Shown here: positions 10,901 through 21,402 of the stretch, piece by piece | How positions within the stretch are numbered: position 1 is the stretch's first letter | Layout: the number at the start of each line of letters is the position of its first letter | Assembly: GCA_040377305.1 (NCBI GenBank) | Contig: JBEIPA010000010.1 | Span: 64,001-128,000 of the forward strand | Direction of reading: 5' to 3' | DNA: 64,000 bases | Origin: Flavobacteriales bacterium | GTDB lineage: Bacteria; Bacteroidota; Bacteroidia; Palsa-965 | Notes under the pieces: model-generated | Database searches by the model: none | What the model was told of the DNA's origin: nothing | What the model saw: the letters and a program-made list of their open reading frames with translations, nothing else | Made by a program: the position numbers and the translations under genes

Positions 10901-11491
10901 GGTTGTTCCACCAAGACGAACGGAGTAGTTACCACCCGGAGCAACCATCGGGAATAATCCGCAAGGATCATTACCGGAAGCCGCACTCACAATGGTGTGT
11001 CGTGCATTCATATCGCTGAGCAGTGCGTCCATCGTAGTGCTCTGAAATCCCGGAACGATATTCTGAAGCGGGCCTGATGAACTTAAAGTGTTATCACCAG
11101 TTGAACCAGTCCAACCTGTAAAGTTTCCTGTTTCAAAATCCATGTTCGTGCATGGAGCCTGAGGTGTTGGATTTTGTGGTCCGAGTCGCTGAGTGCTTTG
11201 ATTAGCGACTTGCTGCTGGCGTGACTGATAAGCGCCCGGATAATAAGTGCGCTTAATATGATTCACTTTCGCTTGCTCAACGAATTTTTCAATTTCGAAT
11301 GGAGTCAATCCTTTGTCTTGCGCGCGAGTGCGAACAAGTGCTTCATTGAATCCTGCAAGAGAATCATTTGCGTGGGTTACACCGTGCGCGTGATCGTGAC
11401 CTTGGTGTGCTTGTGCAATTACGTGAGAGTAATTACAAAGCAACAGACACAATACTAAAACGGTGGTTGCAAGTGTACAGTTATGTTTCAT
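7985..11491 (-). CDS. PKD-repeat surface protein with gliding-motility (T9SS type B) C-terminal domain
   Basis: Signal peptide, eight W(D/N/H)FGD-type PKD motifs, C-terminal YIPNAFTPNGDGINDVF...IFDRWG...GHVSLIR. Confidence 0.93.
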   Translation of the reverse strand: MKHNCTLATTVLVLCLLLCNYSHVIAQAHQGHDHAHGVTHANDSLAGFNEALVRTRAQDKGLTPFEIEKFVEQAKVNHIKRTYYPGAYQSRQQQVANQSTQRLGPQNPTPQAPCTNMDFETGNFTGWTGSTGDNTLSSSGPLQNIVPGFQSTTMDALLSDMNARHTIVSAASGNDPCGLFPMVAPGGNYSVRLGGTTANYQGEILEQTFTVAPGNTSFTYQYAVVLNDGGHSAGEQPYFKIEMFDQSGNLVPCSQYYVEAGGSIAGFQPCGVGTFYKPWTTVNIDLSTFVAANVTIRFTVAGCIYAGHYGYAYVDCSCLPFTLALSDSLCAGNSVTINAPPGASSYNWTLGVPPASSLGTADSLVVNTPGNYYVEMISVTGCTTYLNVNIGAYPQPIASFNPTFPPCSPNYTFNNTSTVSSGTMTYFWDFGDPAIPGDTSILTSPSYTYTPPGPYTVWLYVVTQGGCRDSASAVVNPGNGGLAGFTQNDVCVGSPMVFTDTTINPSTWSWHFGDPSVTNDSSNVQNPTYTYPNAGTYTVLLTAGTSPCPSTFSTTVTVHAVPTSSFIYNQICGGQTVNFTATSTIGSTDTISSYAWNFGDPASGGNNTSTLLNPSHTFTTSGQYTVTLVTNSTFGCPHTTTQIINVGPSPVAAFSATTVCTNTPMAFTNNSQNSANYFWNFGDPSTLGDTSLLQNPTYTYLNPGTYTVTLTAEPTSNCFDTAQVIVTVAPGPAPAFISTTVCEGAVTSFTDQSVISSGNITNWSWDFGIAASTADTSDLQNPTFTYPLAGAYVVTMTVTSNNGCTSTLTNNVTVNANPTANFTANTVCIGSPTTFTDMSVAGSGNLTVWGWDYGDGSPFGVGQNPTHTYTNDSTYNVTLVVQNSNGCLDTIILQAVTAPQPVVLFTADDFAGCPVLCVNFQDQTTIASGSITGWTWDFGDGSPQSFTQNPSHCYALTGIYTVTLTTTSNQGCVQTQVFPNMIEVYPTPTAIFTATPMVTTVSQTHVEFTDQSQGSPVSWFWDFGDGATLGDTATTQHSFYDYTQEYGSFYQVNLQVENVYGCIDDTTLTIEVQPEFTFYIPNAFTPNGDGINDVFFGTGIGIAKYEMWIFDRWGNLIFTCTDINTTWDGTVQGKGGDLCQIDTYVWKVAITDVFDKRHKYIGHVSLIR

Positions 11492-11721
11492 GTTTTGCGG
11501 TTGAAAGTGATGGGGTCACTCACGTGCTATCGTGATTGCAATATACTTCAGTCTCAACACAAAACCAACAGGTGCATCGATTCGACGAAGCCTGACTTTT
11601 TATAGACAAAAAATATTTTGGGAATTTTATGGAATTCCAAATGTCGATAACCCAATGATTATCAGCCAATTGCAAAAAGTCTTAAAATTCTGATTTCCAG
11701 TCTTTTGTTGAAAAAAAGATA

Positions 11722-12603
11722 CTACCAATCGATATTTTTTCTCAACAAACCGAGGGTTCGGGCTTCAGCACTGTCAGGATTCGGTCTGAAGTCGTATTTC
11801 CAGGAGGCAACTTCGGGAAGACTCATGAGAATTGATTCAATTCTTCCGCCTGTATCGAGGCCAAATTTTGTTCCCTTGTCGTATACAAGATTGAATTCTA
11901 CATACCGTCCGCGACGAATCAACTGCCATTGTTTTTCATTTTCTCCGAATGGCAGCGCCTTACTCTTTTTCATCAACGCAGTATATGCAGGTGCGAATGT
12001 TTCACCGACTTCCATGACGAAAGAAAAAATTTCTTCCTTCGGTTTTTCGTTCAGGCGATCGAAGAAAATTCCACCGATGCCACGCGTTTCATTTCTGTGT
12101 GTGATGAAAAAATAATCGTCGGCCCACTTTTTGAATTTCGCGTAATACGATGAGTCGTGTTTATTGCAGGTGTTTCGGAGAGCTGCGTGAAAATATTTTG
12201 CGTCTTCGTCGTTGATGTAATGCGGTGTGAGATCAATTCCTCCACCAAACCACCATTCACCGTTTCCTAATTCGAAATAGCGAACGTTCATGTGAATGAT
12301 CGGAACCATTGGAGAATTCGGATGCATGACAATTGAAACTCCTGTTGCGAAGAAATTATTCTCGGAAACCTTTAGAGCACGAACTATGTTGTCGGGAAGT
12401 ATTCCGTGAACTGCGGAGAAATTCACTCCTGCCTTTTCGAGGACAGTTCCATGCTGAAGAACGCGTGTGATTCCACCTCCGCCTTCTGCTCTACTCCATT
12501 CTTCGCGCGCGAATGTCCCGGAACCATCTTCTGCTTCAACCGCCGCACATATTTTCTCCTGCAACGTTTGAAATGATGCAGCAATCGACTCTTTCGTAAT
12601 CAT
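11722..12603 (-). CDS. hemF: Oxygen-dependent coproporphyrinogen III oxidase
   Basis: EKAGVNFS, WWFGGGIDLTP, RGIGGIFFD, RRGRYVEFNLVYDKGTKFGL. Confidence 0.97.
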   Translation of the reverse strand: MITKESIAASFQTLQEKICAAVEAEDGSGTFAREEWSRAEGGGGITRVLQHGTVLEKAGVNFSAVHGILPDNIVRALKVSENNFFATGVSIVMHPNSPMVPIIHMNVRYFELGNGEWWFGGGIDLTPHYINDEDAKYFHAALRNTCNKHDSSYYAKFKKWADDYFFITHRNETRGIGGIFFDRLNEKPKEEIFSFVMEVGETFAPAYTALMKKSKALPFGENEKQWQLIRRGRYVEFNLVYDKGTKFGLDTGGRIESILMSLPEVASWKYDFRPNPDSAEARTLGLLRKNIDW

Positions 12604-12615
12604 AATCGGGAAAAA

Positions 12616-14307
12616 TTATTTCTTTGGCTTCGGATTCTCAAATCCAAACGGAACGAGCTCGTAATCGCTGAAGTGAACTATGCGTAGACCTACATTCTCG
12701 TATCCGCTTTCTGCATCAGAGCGAATGAAAGCGAACGACTGTTGAATTCCTTCACCTTTCTGCTCTGTGATGCCCGGCATAAAACCTGTTCCGGTAAAAC
12801 GCAATTGTTGCAGAAAGAACATGGTCACGTCATATCCTGCGAAAGAGAATGTTGTTGGGTCGCCGCCAAACACATTGCGATAACGCAGAACGAATTTCTT
12901 CGTTGGAATCGAATCGTAGTCCACGAAAAACGGTGATGCAAAATGGAAATGCAAGGCTTCGAGATATTCGAAATCAAGGTTGTCGTAATCGGTCCATGCC
13001 GGCATTCCGTAAACGGTAATCTGATACTTCTCTGCGAGTCCATACAGATTACGCACGAGATCTGTTACGAATGCCTGCGAGGTAGATGGAACCACCAGCA
13101 CGTTCATTCTGTCTTTCACCAGGCGTGCTTCAATGCCCGAGAAGCCTTGGTTAACTTTCACGGAATCTTTCCCTTGTGCAATTCGCAAGCGATTAATTTC
13201 ATCGCGGAATGAACTACATGTCTTTTGCTCTTTCAGCAATCCGCTGGTGATCATGATTACGTTATCATCCTTGCGTGCAGTTGCAACGTGCTGAGCGAGT
13301 TGTTCCATTTGCGTGCCGCTTGAAGGAACTGTTTTCACAGCCATTGGATTATTGAGCAACACTTTGTTCGCGGCCGAAACCGGAGAAACAATTCCAATGT
13401 TGTGCGCGTTTGCGAAGTCCGCAACATCTTCGAATGGTCCGGGAGAAAATGGTCCGATGATAAGATCCATTGTTGCGAATTCTGCTTTTGCAAGAATGCC
13501 GGCGGTTTTACCTGAGTCGAGATCATCTACATCGTAAGTCCACACGTTCACTTTCATGCCGGCACGACGCATGGAATCGATCGCTAGCAATGCACCTTCG
13601 TAAAACTCCACAGCCGCTTTTGGTCTAGCCGGAAATTCTGCTTTCGGATTTACATCGGGCACAATCAGGTCCGGATCGATGTTGTTTACATTCCACAGCT
13701 GAAACGGAGCCATGATTGCAATGTTGTACACTTCTTTGAGAATGGAAACAACAGTATCTCTTTTGCTTGTATCGGGGTTCGTAACGTTCGTAGTCACGAC
13801 TGCAGCCGCTTGGGGAATCTTCAGTTCTTGCCCAATCTTTAAACCAAATCTTGCATCGGGGTTTGCATCGTAAATCTGCAACTCGGTTACATTGTACTTT
13901 TTCGCAATGCTGTAAACCGTTTGCTGAGGCTCTACTTTGTGAATGATGAATTTCTTCCCAGTATCAGGCGGCGTAATAACGACTGTTGTGATAGATGCTT
14001 TCTTGTCGAATGGAATACGCAAGTTTTGGCCCGGCTTGATTCCGTTCATTGCATCCGGATTCTCCAGCAAAATATCGTTTACCGTGAGGTCGTACGCTCT
14101 TGCAATTGCGTATAAGGTCTGGCCCTTCTCTACCGTATGGATGTAGTACTTCTTTCCTTCAACGACTTCTGTCTTTTTGGATTTTTTAATTCCGTCCTGA
14201 GCAAAACCAGTTGCAGCCAGCAGTAGCAGCGGCAGTAAAAAAGCAACGCGTAACAAACGCAGCGTTACAGAAAATTTATATGACAGCAGTTTACTCACTA
14301 TTCCCAT
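12616..14307 (-). CDS. LysM-domain protein with C-terminal periplasmic-binding-protein-like domain
   Basis: Two LysM motifs ([32 protein letters not shown]), then [12 protein letters not shown] and DLIIGP. Exact start uncertain. Confidence 0.88.
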   Translation of the reverse strand: MGIVSKLLSYKFSVTLRLLRVAFLLPLLLLAATGFAQDGIKKSKKTEVVEGKKYYIHTVEKGQTLYAIARAYDLTVNDILLENPDAMNGIKPGQNLRIPFDKKASITTVVITPPDTGKKFIIHKVEPQQTVYSIAKKYNVTELQIYDANPDARFGLKIGQELKIPQAAAVVTTNVTNPDTSKRDTVVSILKEVYNIAIMAPFQLWNVNNIDPDLIVPDVNPKAEFPARPKAAVEFYEGALLAIDSMRRAGMKVNVWTYDVDDLDSGKTAGILAKAEFATMDLIIGPFSPGPFEDVADFANAHNIGIVSPVSAANKVLLNNPMAVKTVPSSGTQMEQLAQHVATARKDDNVIMITSGLLKEQKTCSSFRDEINRLRIAQGKDSVKVNQGFSGIEARLVKDRMNVLVVPSTSQAFVTDLVRNLYGLAEKYQITVYGMPAWTDYDNLDFEYLEALHFHFASPFFVDYDSIPTKKFVLRYRNVFGGDPTTFSFAGYDVTMFFLQQLRFTGTGFMPGITEQKGEGIQQSFAFIRSDAESGYENVGLRIVHFSDYELVPFGFENPKPKK

Positions 14308-15830
14308 TCAATTGTTGCCGGTGGTTTCGAACTGATGTCGTAAACAACACGATTAATACCTTTCACTCTATTGATAATTTCACTCGACATCTTTCCGAGG
14401 AATTCGTGCGGCAAGTGACAAAAGTCTGCCGTCATTCCGTCTGTTGAAGTCACCGCGCGCAATGCGACACAGTTTTCATACGTGCGTTCATCGCCCATTA
14501 CACCCACGCTCTGCACAGGAAGAAGCATTACTCCAGCCTGCCAAACTTCGCGATATAAATTATGCTTTTTCAGACCCTCGATGAAGATATCATCTGCCTC
14601 TTGCAATATGCGTACCTTTTCTGCTGTCACCTCTCCTAAAATGCGGATTCCCAAGCCTGGACCCGGGAACGGGTGACGATGTAAGATACTGTGATCCAGA
14701 CCCAAAGCATCGCCAACACGACGAACTTCGTCTTTGAAAAGAAGTCGTAAAGGTTCAACAATCTGCAGCTTCATGTAGTCTGGAAGGCCTCCCACGTTAT
14801 GGTGCGACTTGATAGTTGCAGATGGTCCGCCTGTTGCAGAAACTGACTCAATCACATCCGGATAAATTGTTCCTTGTCCGAGCCACTTCACATCGGAAAG
14901 CAAATGCGATTCTTTGTCGAACACTTCGATAAACACGCGACCAATTGCTTTGCGTTTTGCTTCCGGATCTGTTACACCTGCAAGTGCAGCATAAAATTGC
15001 TCAGAGGCATTTACGCCTTTCACATTCAATCCCATGTGCTTGTAGGATTCCAACACTTTGGAGAATTCATCCTTGCGCAACAAACCGTTATCAACGAAAA
15101 TGCAATAGAGATTTTTCCCGATTGCTTTGTGTAACAACATGGCAGCAACTGAAGAATCTACTCCGCCGGATAAACCGAGAACAACATTGTCGTTGCCTAA
15201 TTTCTTTTTGAGGTCGGCAACCGTTTCTTCGACGAAGGAAGCCGGAGTCCAATCCATTTTGCAGCCACAAATGTTGGCCACGAAATTCTTCAGGAGTTTT
15301 GTGCCTTCCACAGAGTGATAAACTTCGGGGTGAAACTGAATACCCCAGGTTTTTTCACTGTCAATATGATATGCAGCAACTTTTACGTCGTGCGTACTGG
15401 CAACAATTTTGTAATTCGCAGGAATCGCAGTGATCGTGTCGGCATGCGACATCCATACCTCTGAATTCTTACTGAGTCCTTCGAAAAGTTCATCTGTGCT
15501 TTCTAATACATCGAGATGTGCGCGTCCGTACTCGCGGTGATTCGACTGCTTCACTTCGCCACCATACATCTGCGACATTAATTGTGCACCGTAACAAACG
15601 CCAAGCGTTGGAATTTTTCCTTTGAATGAAGACAGATCCGGTCGTGGTGAAGAAGCATCGCGTACAGAATATGGACTGCCGGAGAGAATTACGCCTTTGA
15701 TATTGGGTGTAATTTCCGGGCACTTGTTGTACGGATGAATTTCACAATAAACATTCAGCTCGCGAACCCTTCTTGCGATCAATTGTGTGTATTGCGAGCC
15801 AAAATCGAGGATCAGAATCATTTCATGCAT
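14298..15830 (-). CDS. guaA: GMP synthase (glutamine-hydrolysing)
   Basis: [46 protein letters not shown]. Confidence 0.98.
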   Translation of the reverse strand: MHEMILILDFGSQYTQLIARRVRELNVYCEIHPYNKCPEITPNIKGVILSGSPYSVRDASSPRPDLSSFKGKIPTLGVCYGAQLMSQMYGGEVKQSNHREYGRAHLDVLESTDELFEGLSKNSEVWMSHADTITAIPANYKIVASTHDVKVAAYHIDSEKTWGIQFHPEVYHSVEGTKLLKNFVANICGCKMDWTPASFVEETVADLKKKLGNDNVVLGLSGGVDSSVAAMLLHKAIGKNLYCIFVDNGLLRKDEFSKVLESYKHMGLNVKGVNASEQFYAALAGVTDPEAKRKAIGRVFIEVFDKESHLLSDVKWLGQGTIYPDVIESVSATGGPSATIKSHHNVGGLPDYMKLQIVEPLRLLFKDEVRRVGDALGLDHSILHRHPFPGPGLGIRILGEVTAEKVRILQEADDIFIEGLKKHNLYREVWQAGVMLLPVQSVGVMGDERTYENCVALRAVTSTDGMTADFCHLPHEFLGKMSSEIINRVKGINRVVYDISSKPPATIEWE

Positions 15831-15936
15831 GGGCGCAAAAGTACAAATTTAGGGCGGAGGGAGGAGAGTGGAGTTCGGAGGTAATTAACACGAATCTCAC
15901 AATGAAACTCCCTCCACTCTCCTCCCTCCCAGCTAA

Positions 15937-17436
15937 TTACTCTTCCGGAGCTGCAAACCACTTCCGGTACATCCATTTATATACTGTTTCTATGAGTACC
16001 AGAAGTATCAGAAACCCAAACAATTCCGAAAGCCAATAGTGCATGTTCATTGTGTCGCGGTAGTCCTGATAACTTTGATCGTAGCCACCATAATCATAGA
16101 TGTAATCGGCGTAATAGTCATCGTTTGCATAATACCAGACTACGCCGAGGAACGGAAGAAATGGTGTACAAACCACGGCCAGATTCAAGGCAATTCCGGT
16201 AAAAACAGAACGGACTTTCCAGTTTACTGTGCTGATTGCGAATACGAAGAAGAAGGCGAAATACACAAAAGCTGAAGCGAGAAAGCCATCTTCGCGCCAC
16301 TCGAAGAACGCGCCCAGGATGCCCGTGATAATTGCGAGTATAATTCCCGCCAGCACACTCAGGAAGAATGTTCGCCTGGTTGAGTGACGGAAGACAAACA
16401 GACACAGACCCAGAAACATTCCGATGTAATAGATCACATGATACGTGATGACGATTTCCTCCTCCTCCCAGCGATAATAACGTTCCAGGATATTCGATAA
16501 ACCGGAATTTACCTGACCGACTTTGTACCGTGATGAAATAACCGAATACGAATCGGTGTTGTAGTTCCAGTAGTAATCATCTTCGTTGTGCGGATCGCGA
16601 TACTTCTGAGACACTTCGTAAAATTTGCGCTCCAGCATCTGAATATCGTTCACGGAACCCGATTTGTAAACGCGGTTATAAATTTCAAAACTCGTGAGCG
16701 GTTTTACATCTTCGTCTGCATCCGCATCGTAGTGCGAAAGGAATGTAAGACCCGTTACCTGGAAACGAATGAGCTTGTCGGTGTTGAGCCACACCACACT
16801 GTCCTGCTCAGACAAAGTCCATTTCAGTTCTTCACGCGTCATGTAAACAGGACCTTTTGTATACGCGCCGAGTGAGTCATTCCACGTATACGAACCGTTA
16901 TTCGCAGCATACGGAACTCCGCCGGCACCTACGACATAGATTGTGTCAACTGTTACTTCCGCCGGATATTCTTCCTTCGTCAAGCGCGCGAGAAGGATGT
17001 TCATTTCATCCATGTCTTCTACTATCTGAGCAGGAGAATAGTGGATCATTGTTTTGTATGTTTCAACTACCGGCGGAATGAAAACGGTTCCGATCATCAG
17101 GATAATCGCAAGGAAGAACGAGAAGTACGTTTTGAGCCTGTCGCCGCCGTATGTAATTCCGTAGCTCTTGAATGTGTTGAAACGAACGAGATACACCACC
17201 CACAGAATAATGGCAACAATTACAAGCACTGATTGCGACGTAATCCAGTATCCGGTGAATGAAGTGCGCAGCGGGTTATCCGGAATTACAAAACACAGAA
17301 TGGACAATCCGATAGCGTACAACAAGGTGTAATAAATCACAAGATGCACACGTGTTGTCCATGTGTCGGGACGATTCTTTAGAAGATAATCGTCGAGTTT
17401 TGTGATGAAGCGCGGGGCTAAAGGTCTTTTCGGCAT
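15937..17436 (-). CDS. Multi-pass membrane protein, probable ABC permease partner
   Basis: Several hydrophobic segments around a large soluble loop; directly downstream of an ABC ATPase gene. Confidence 0.7.
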   Translation of the reverse strand: MPKRPLAPRFITKLDDYLLKNRPDTWTTRVHLVIYYTLLYAIGLSILCFVIPDNPLRTSFTGYWITSQSVLVIVAIILWVVYLVRFNTFKSYGITYGGDRLKTYFSFFLAIILMIGTVFIPPVVETYKTMIHYSPAQIVEDMDEMNILLARLTKEEYPAEVTVDTIYVVGAGGVPYAANNGSYTWNDSLGAYTKGPVYMTREELKWTLSEQDSVVWLNTDKLIRFQVTGLTFLSHYDADADEDVKPLTSFEIYNRVYKSGSVNDIQMLERKFYEVSQKYRDPHNEDDYYWNYNTDSYSVISSRYKVGQVNSGLSNILERYYRWEEEEIVITYHVIYYIGMFLGLCLFVFRHSTRRTFFLSVLAGIILAIITGILGAFFEWREDGFLASAFVYFAFFFVFAISTVNWKVRSVFTGIALNLAVVCTPFLPFLGVVWYYANDDYYADYIYDYGGYDQSYQDYRDTMNMHYWLSELFGFLILLVLIETVYKWMYRKWFAAPEE

Positions 17437-17512
17437 ATTTCAGTAGGCAGTAGGCAGTTGTGCATTTGGCAGTAAACGTCCGGAAGGCGATCGGAAGTGC
17501 AATTGACGGTCA

Positions 17513-18658
17513 TTAGAATAGTCGCTTTGTGGACGTCGTGATGTCCCGATAGTAGCGCACATAAATTCCGCTGTTGATTATCGCTTTCAGCAGTTCAGGC
17601 ACGGGATGGACCGGAGAAGTAATGGTGTAGTTACCTCCATTGTACGTGAGTTGGTACTGAAACCCTTGAAGTGCAAACACAATTGCTTCGCGGGAATCTC
17701 CAATTTCAAGCTCGAGGGCAAAACCAAGTTGAGCCTGAATCTGATCGCCGGTTCTGTACACACAATTTCCGTCGCGAATGAGCAATACGTTGTCTGCAAT
17801 TTTCTCCACCTCATGCAATTGTTGCGAAGTGAGAATAACACCCATGGGATTGTAGGAAGACTTCGTCAGAAATTTTAAATCGGTGAGCAGCGTTTGTTGT
17901 GCATTGATATCGAGATTCGCGAGTGGCTCATCCAGAATCAAAACTTTCGGACGTTTGAGAAGTATGCGTGCGATTTCAAATCGGGTACGATATCCGCTGC
18001 TGATTTGATTCCAGGAAAGATGTGCGTATTGAGTTAAACCAAATCGCTCGAGCATGAAATCCACGAGCAGATCATTCCACTCTCCGTGAATTCCCACGAG
18101 CGCAGCAGAAAAATGCAGATTATCTTTCAGCTGACCGAACCAGCGCGGAATTCTTTGCGGCACAAATACAACGTGATTCTTGATGGTGTAGTTATCCGGT
18201 TTATTGAGGAGCGTGTATTGAATTACTCCTTGATCCATAGAAAGCTCACCGGCGAGACAACGCAACAAAGTAGTTTTTCCGTTGCCGTTCTCTCCTACTA
18301 CACCAATGATTTGCCCGCAGTGAATATCGAGGCTCAATGGTTTAAGGCTGAAATTGCCTTTTGCGTATCGCTTTGAAATTGCATTTGCCTGTACAAGAAC
18401 GCCAAGGTGCATGGGTTTTGCCGCTTCTTTCTCGACGAGCTTGGAGAGCAAATCGTTGCAGCCCGCTTCGAGTTCCGGTGCGAGATACGGATTGCCTTCG
18501 AACATTCCAGCAGCGCGAAATGCCTTCGACAGATTGATCGCTTCCCGAATCAGTATAGGATCGTTTGTATCGAGACTGTAATCCAGCAGGCGACGAATCC
18601 CGAGCACGTAATCGTGGTTATCGAGATACGATTTAATTTCTTCTAAGGGTGACGGCAT
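17513..18658 (-). CDS. ABC transporter ATP-binding protein with N-terminal helical extension
   Basis: Walker A GENGNGKTT, Walker B LILDEP, signature ISSGY. Start taken at MPSPLEE. Confidence 0.88.
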   Translation of the reverse strand: MPSPLEEIKSYLDNHDYVLGIRRLLDYSLDTNDPILIREAINLSKAFRAAGMFEGNPYLAPELEAGCNDLLSKLVEKEAAKPMHLGVLVQANAISKRYAKGNFSLKPLSLDIHCGQIIGVVGENGNGKTTLLRCLAGELSMDQGVIQYTLLNKPDNYTIKNHVVFVPQRIPRWFGQLKDNLHFSAALVGIHGEWNDLLVDFMLERFGLTQYAHLSWNQISSGYRTRFEIARILLKRPKVLILDEPLANLDINAQQTLLTDLKFLTKSSYNPMGVILTSQQLHEVEKIADNVLLIRDGNCVYRTGDQIQAQLGFALELEIGDSREAIVFALQGFQYQLTYNGGNYTITSPVHPVPELLKAIINSGIYVRYYRDITTSTKRLF

Positions 18659-18823
18659 AATTTCGATGTGCCGATATGCCAATTTCCGATATGCCGATTA
18701 AAAGTCATGTGTAATCGGTATTCGAAATTCATATCCGGATTTGGCATAAACGTACAACAGAAGGATGTATTATCTGGGTCTTTTGAATAAGTGTTGGGAA
18801 ATATATTTCTTAAAAAATCCCAA

Positions 18824-21301
18824 TCAATGGTGAACAACAAGTCGTGTTGAATTGACGCCGCATTTTATTAAGTAGACACCGTCTGCAAATTCAGAAGTGC
18901 TGATCACATTGGTTCCTTCGCGCAAAATCTGTGCACGCATCACTGCTCCGTTTATCGAGAGTATCTCCATCACATCTCCGTTCTTGCCGTTGATTGTGAA
19001 GGATTCACTTGCAGGATTCGGATAAATCGCAATGTTCTCACTGCTGAAGTCAGGAATCCCAGAGAAAACATCCCCCACCTTAATTCCGTTTCCGAAACTG
19101 GTAACCCACATTTCATTGGTGGACCATGGATTAAAGAATACTCGCTCCGGTTGACGGAAGGGATAAGATGTGGCCAATGCCCATGTTGGTACCGGGTTAT
19201 TTACATCTGTGCTGTACCAAAGTCCTTGTGTTTCTGTTGTTACGTACATCCAATTGGGAATGCCAGGATTAAACGTACAGGAGGTGACACGATCCAATGT
19301 TGTTCCGGTAATACGAGTCCATGTCACGCCACGATTGGTTGTTTTATAAAGTCCACCCAATCCGTTTGGAGGTCCGCCCCAACCACTGAATACACCAACG
19401 TACCATGTGTTCTGCGATGGATCATTCGGATCGATCACCACATCTTTGGTCCAGTAATACATTCCCGGATCAGAAACATCAGTCCAGTTGCCACTTGACG
19501 GATTATATGTGAACACACCTGAACTTGCGGTGAATGCATTGCTGGCGCGACGGCCTGAGTATGTTGCAACGAGTGTTCCATCATCAAGCACTTCAAGACA
19601 TGCAGGATGTTTTTCAGTACGCGGAGGATCGCTAAGTTGCGTCCATGTAGATGCAGCCAGATTATTCAGATCATCGCATCGATAAACGCCACCCGTTCCA
19701 CCCGTGTAGTCAATGACGCTGGCGTACGCGCGGTTCGGATTGTTCGGATCGATTTCTATCCAAAACACAGGATGACCGAATGCGTGTAGCAGTGTCCACG
19801 ATGCACCATTGTCTGTAGAATAACGCAAAGTTCCTGCAGCATCATTCGCATCAAGAATAGCGTCTGTGAGCCGTGTGCTTTGATACATGTCGTGAATGCC
19901 GGAGCAAGCCATGATCATCGTTCCATTTGTCATTTCCGCCATACGGTAGGATGTGTTCGCGGTATGACCGGAATAGTTGAACGACCACAAATATCCACCA
20001 TCTGTGCTTCGTATTCCACGTATGTCTGAGAAACAAGCCCACAAGTTCAGGTTGTCTGACCAATGTACCTGCCAGCATGTTGTATTCTCAATTCCAAGAC
20101 TGTTGTAAGACGAACCCTGAGGCGTGTTTGATCCGGCGTTGTGCTGAAAGAAAGGATCTGTGTATCCCTGCAGCCATGTGTTGCCCGCATTGGTTGTGTA
20201 GTGTACGAACCCGAAATCGCTGAAAATTACATAAGCGGAATTGCTTGCACACACATCAAATCCGAAAGCGCATTCACCATAACTCCAACCGCGGTCTCCT
20301 CCATCACCACTCCAGCCGGTAAAGATATTCGCGTTGGTACTCGTGAGAAATGAGTGCGACCAGTTGCCTCCTGCATTGGTTGTTTTCATCACAATGGGCT
20401 CAGACACATCGTTGCTTCCGCTTACATAAACGGTGTTGATGTCGTTCTCTGCCATATCGATGAACATGGGAAAATCGGTGCCTTGCGTAATTCCGTTGGA
20501 TGCAGCAGTCCAGTTGTTCACTCCATAATCGCAGGTGTACACATTGCGAAAAAATCCCCAGTAGTCGGATCCTTGCAAGCCGACATACACATCATTCGGA
20601 TCACCGGTCAAACAAAAGAAGCGGGTGGTGTTACCTGATTTCGCTGCACAAAAACTCCAAATTACTTCGTTGGAAGGAATACCGCTGATCGTTGCAATAT
20701 TCCATGTTCCACCACCATCAGTTGAAACAAGTACGCCATCATTTGTTCCGATGTAAATGTTTTGACCATCAAAGAAAACGCCGCCAACAACATTTCCTGA
20801 ACCGGTTGAAGCGGTGTGAATCTGCGTAAACGAAGTTCCGGAGTTCGAAGAATAGAAAATTGCACCGTACTGCGAGATGATGATGCGTTGCGGATTTACA
20901 AAATCAGAATGAATTGTATAGACTTCTTCGTTCGGATCAGGATTTCCGCTGATGGGGCTCCATGTGTTACCTGCGTCGGCAGAAACTACAGGTGTTCCGA
21001 TCTCGTTGATGTAGCTGATGGAATACCGGATTCCCGACAAGGAAGTGTAACATACTTTTGAATTGTGCCCGCCGATGAATTCATTGAAGTGAATCTGATT
21101 GCACGCACCGAACGACATCGCGCCTGTGAATAGTTCAGACATGTCGCAAGACACAAAAAACTGTCCAGGACTACCTGGATCTATGCTTGGAGAGAACAAA
21201 GCACCTCCTCCGCCAACGCCTCGTGAGGCCCAGGAAGAAGGATATTGTGCGAAGAGCGAAAATGAAAGCAATACTGCCGTTAGGGTAGCGAGTTTGTTCA
21301 T
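18824..21301 (-). CDS. Secreted Asp-box/BNR beta-propeller protein with T9SS type A C-terminal domain
   Basis: Repeated S/T-x-D/N-x-G-x-T-W motifs (STDGGGTW, TTNAGGNW, STDNGASW, TTNRGVTW); C-terminal IYPNPASE...GVYLIK. Confidence 0.88.
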   Translation of the reverse strand: MNKLATLTAVLLSFSLFAQYPSSWASRGVGGGGALFSPSIDPGSPGQFFVSCDMSELFTGAMSFGACNQIHFNEFIGGHNSKVCYTSLSGIRYSISYINEIGTPVVSADAGNTWSPISGNPDPNEEVYTIHSDFVNPQRIIISQYGAIFYSSNSGTSFTQIHTASTGSGNVVGGVFFDGQNIYIGTNDGVLVSTDGGGTWNIATISGIPSNEVIWSFCAAKSGNTTRFFCLTGDPNDVYVGLQGSDYWGFFRNVYTCDYGVNNWTAASNGITQGTDFPMFIDMAENDINTVYVSGSNDVSEPIVMKTTNAGGNWSHSFLTSTNANIFTGWSGDGGDRGWSYGECAFGFDVCASNSAYVIFSDFGFVHYTTNAGNTWLQGYTDPFFQHNAGSNTPQGSSYNSLGIENTTCWQVHWSDNLNLWACFSDIRGIRSTDGGYLWSFNYSGHTANTSYRMAEMTNGTMIMACSGIHDMYQSTRLTDAILDANDAAGTLRYSTDNGASWTLLHAFGHPVFWIEIDPNNPNRAYASVIDYTGGTGGVYRCDDLNNLAASTWTQLSDPPRTEKHPACLEVLDDGTLVATYSGRRASNAFTASSGVFTYNPSSGNWTDVSDPGMYYWTKDVVIDPNDPSQNTWYVGVFSGWGGPPNGLGGLYKTTNRGVTWTRITGTTLDRVTSCTFNPGIPNWMYVTTETQGLWYSTDVNNPVPTWALATSYPFRQPERVFFNPWSTNEMWVTSFGNGIKVGDVFSGIPDFSSENIAIYPNPASESFTINGKNGDVMEILSINGAVMRAQILREGTNVISTSEFADGVYLIKCGVNSTRLVVHH

Positions 21302-21402
21302 GGGTTGGGTTTGAGTTGCTAAATTAAGCGCAATCCCATGACAATCCTATTGGCACAATCAGACTGAATCCAACTTCTTCTCTTGTGGTTTTCCCTCACT
21401 TT

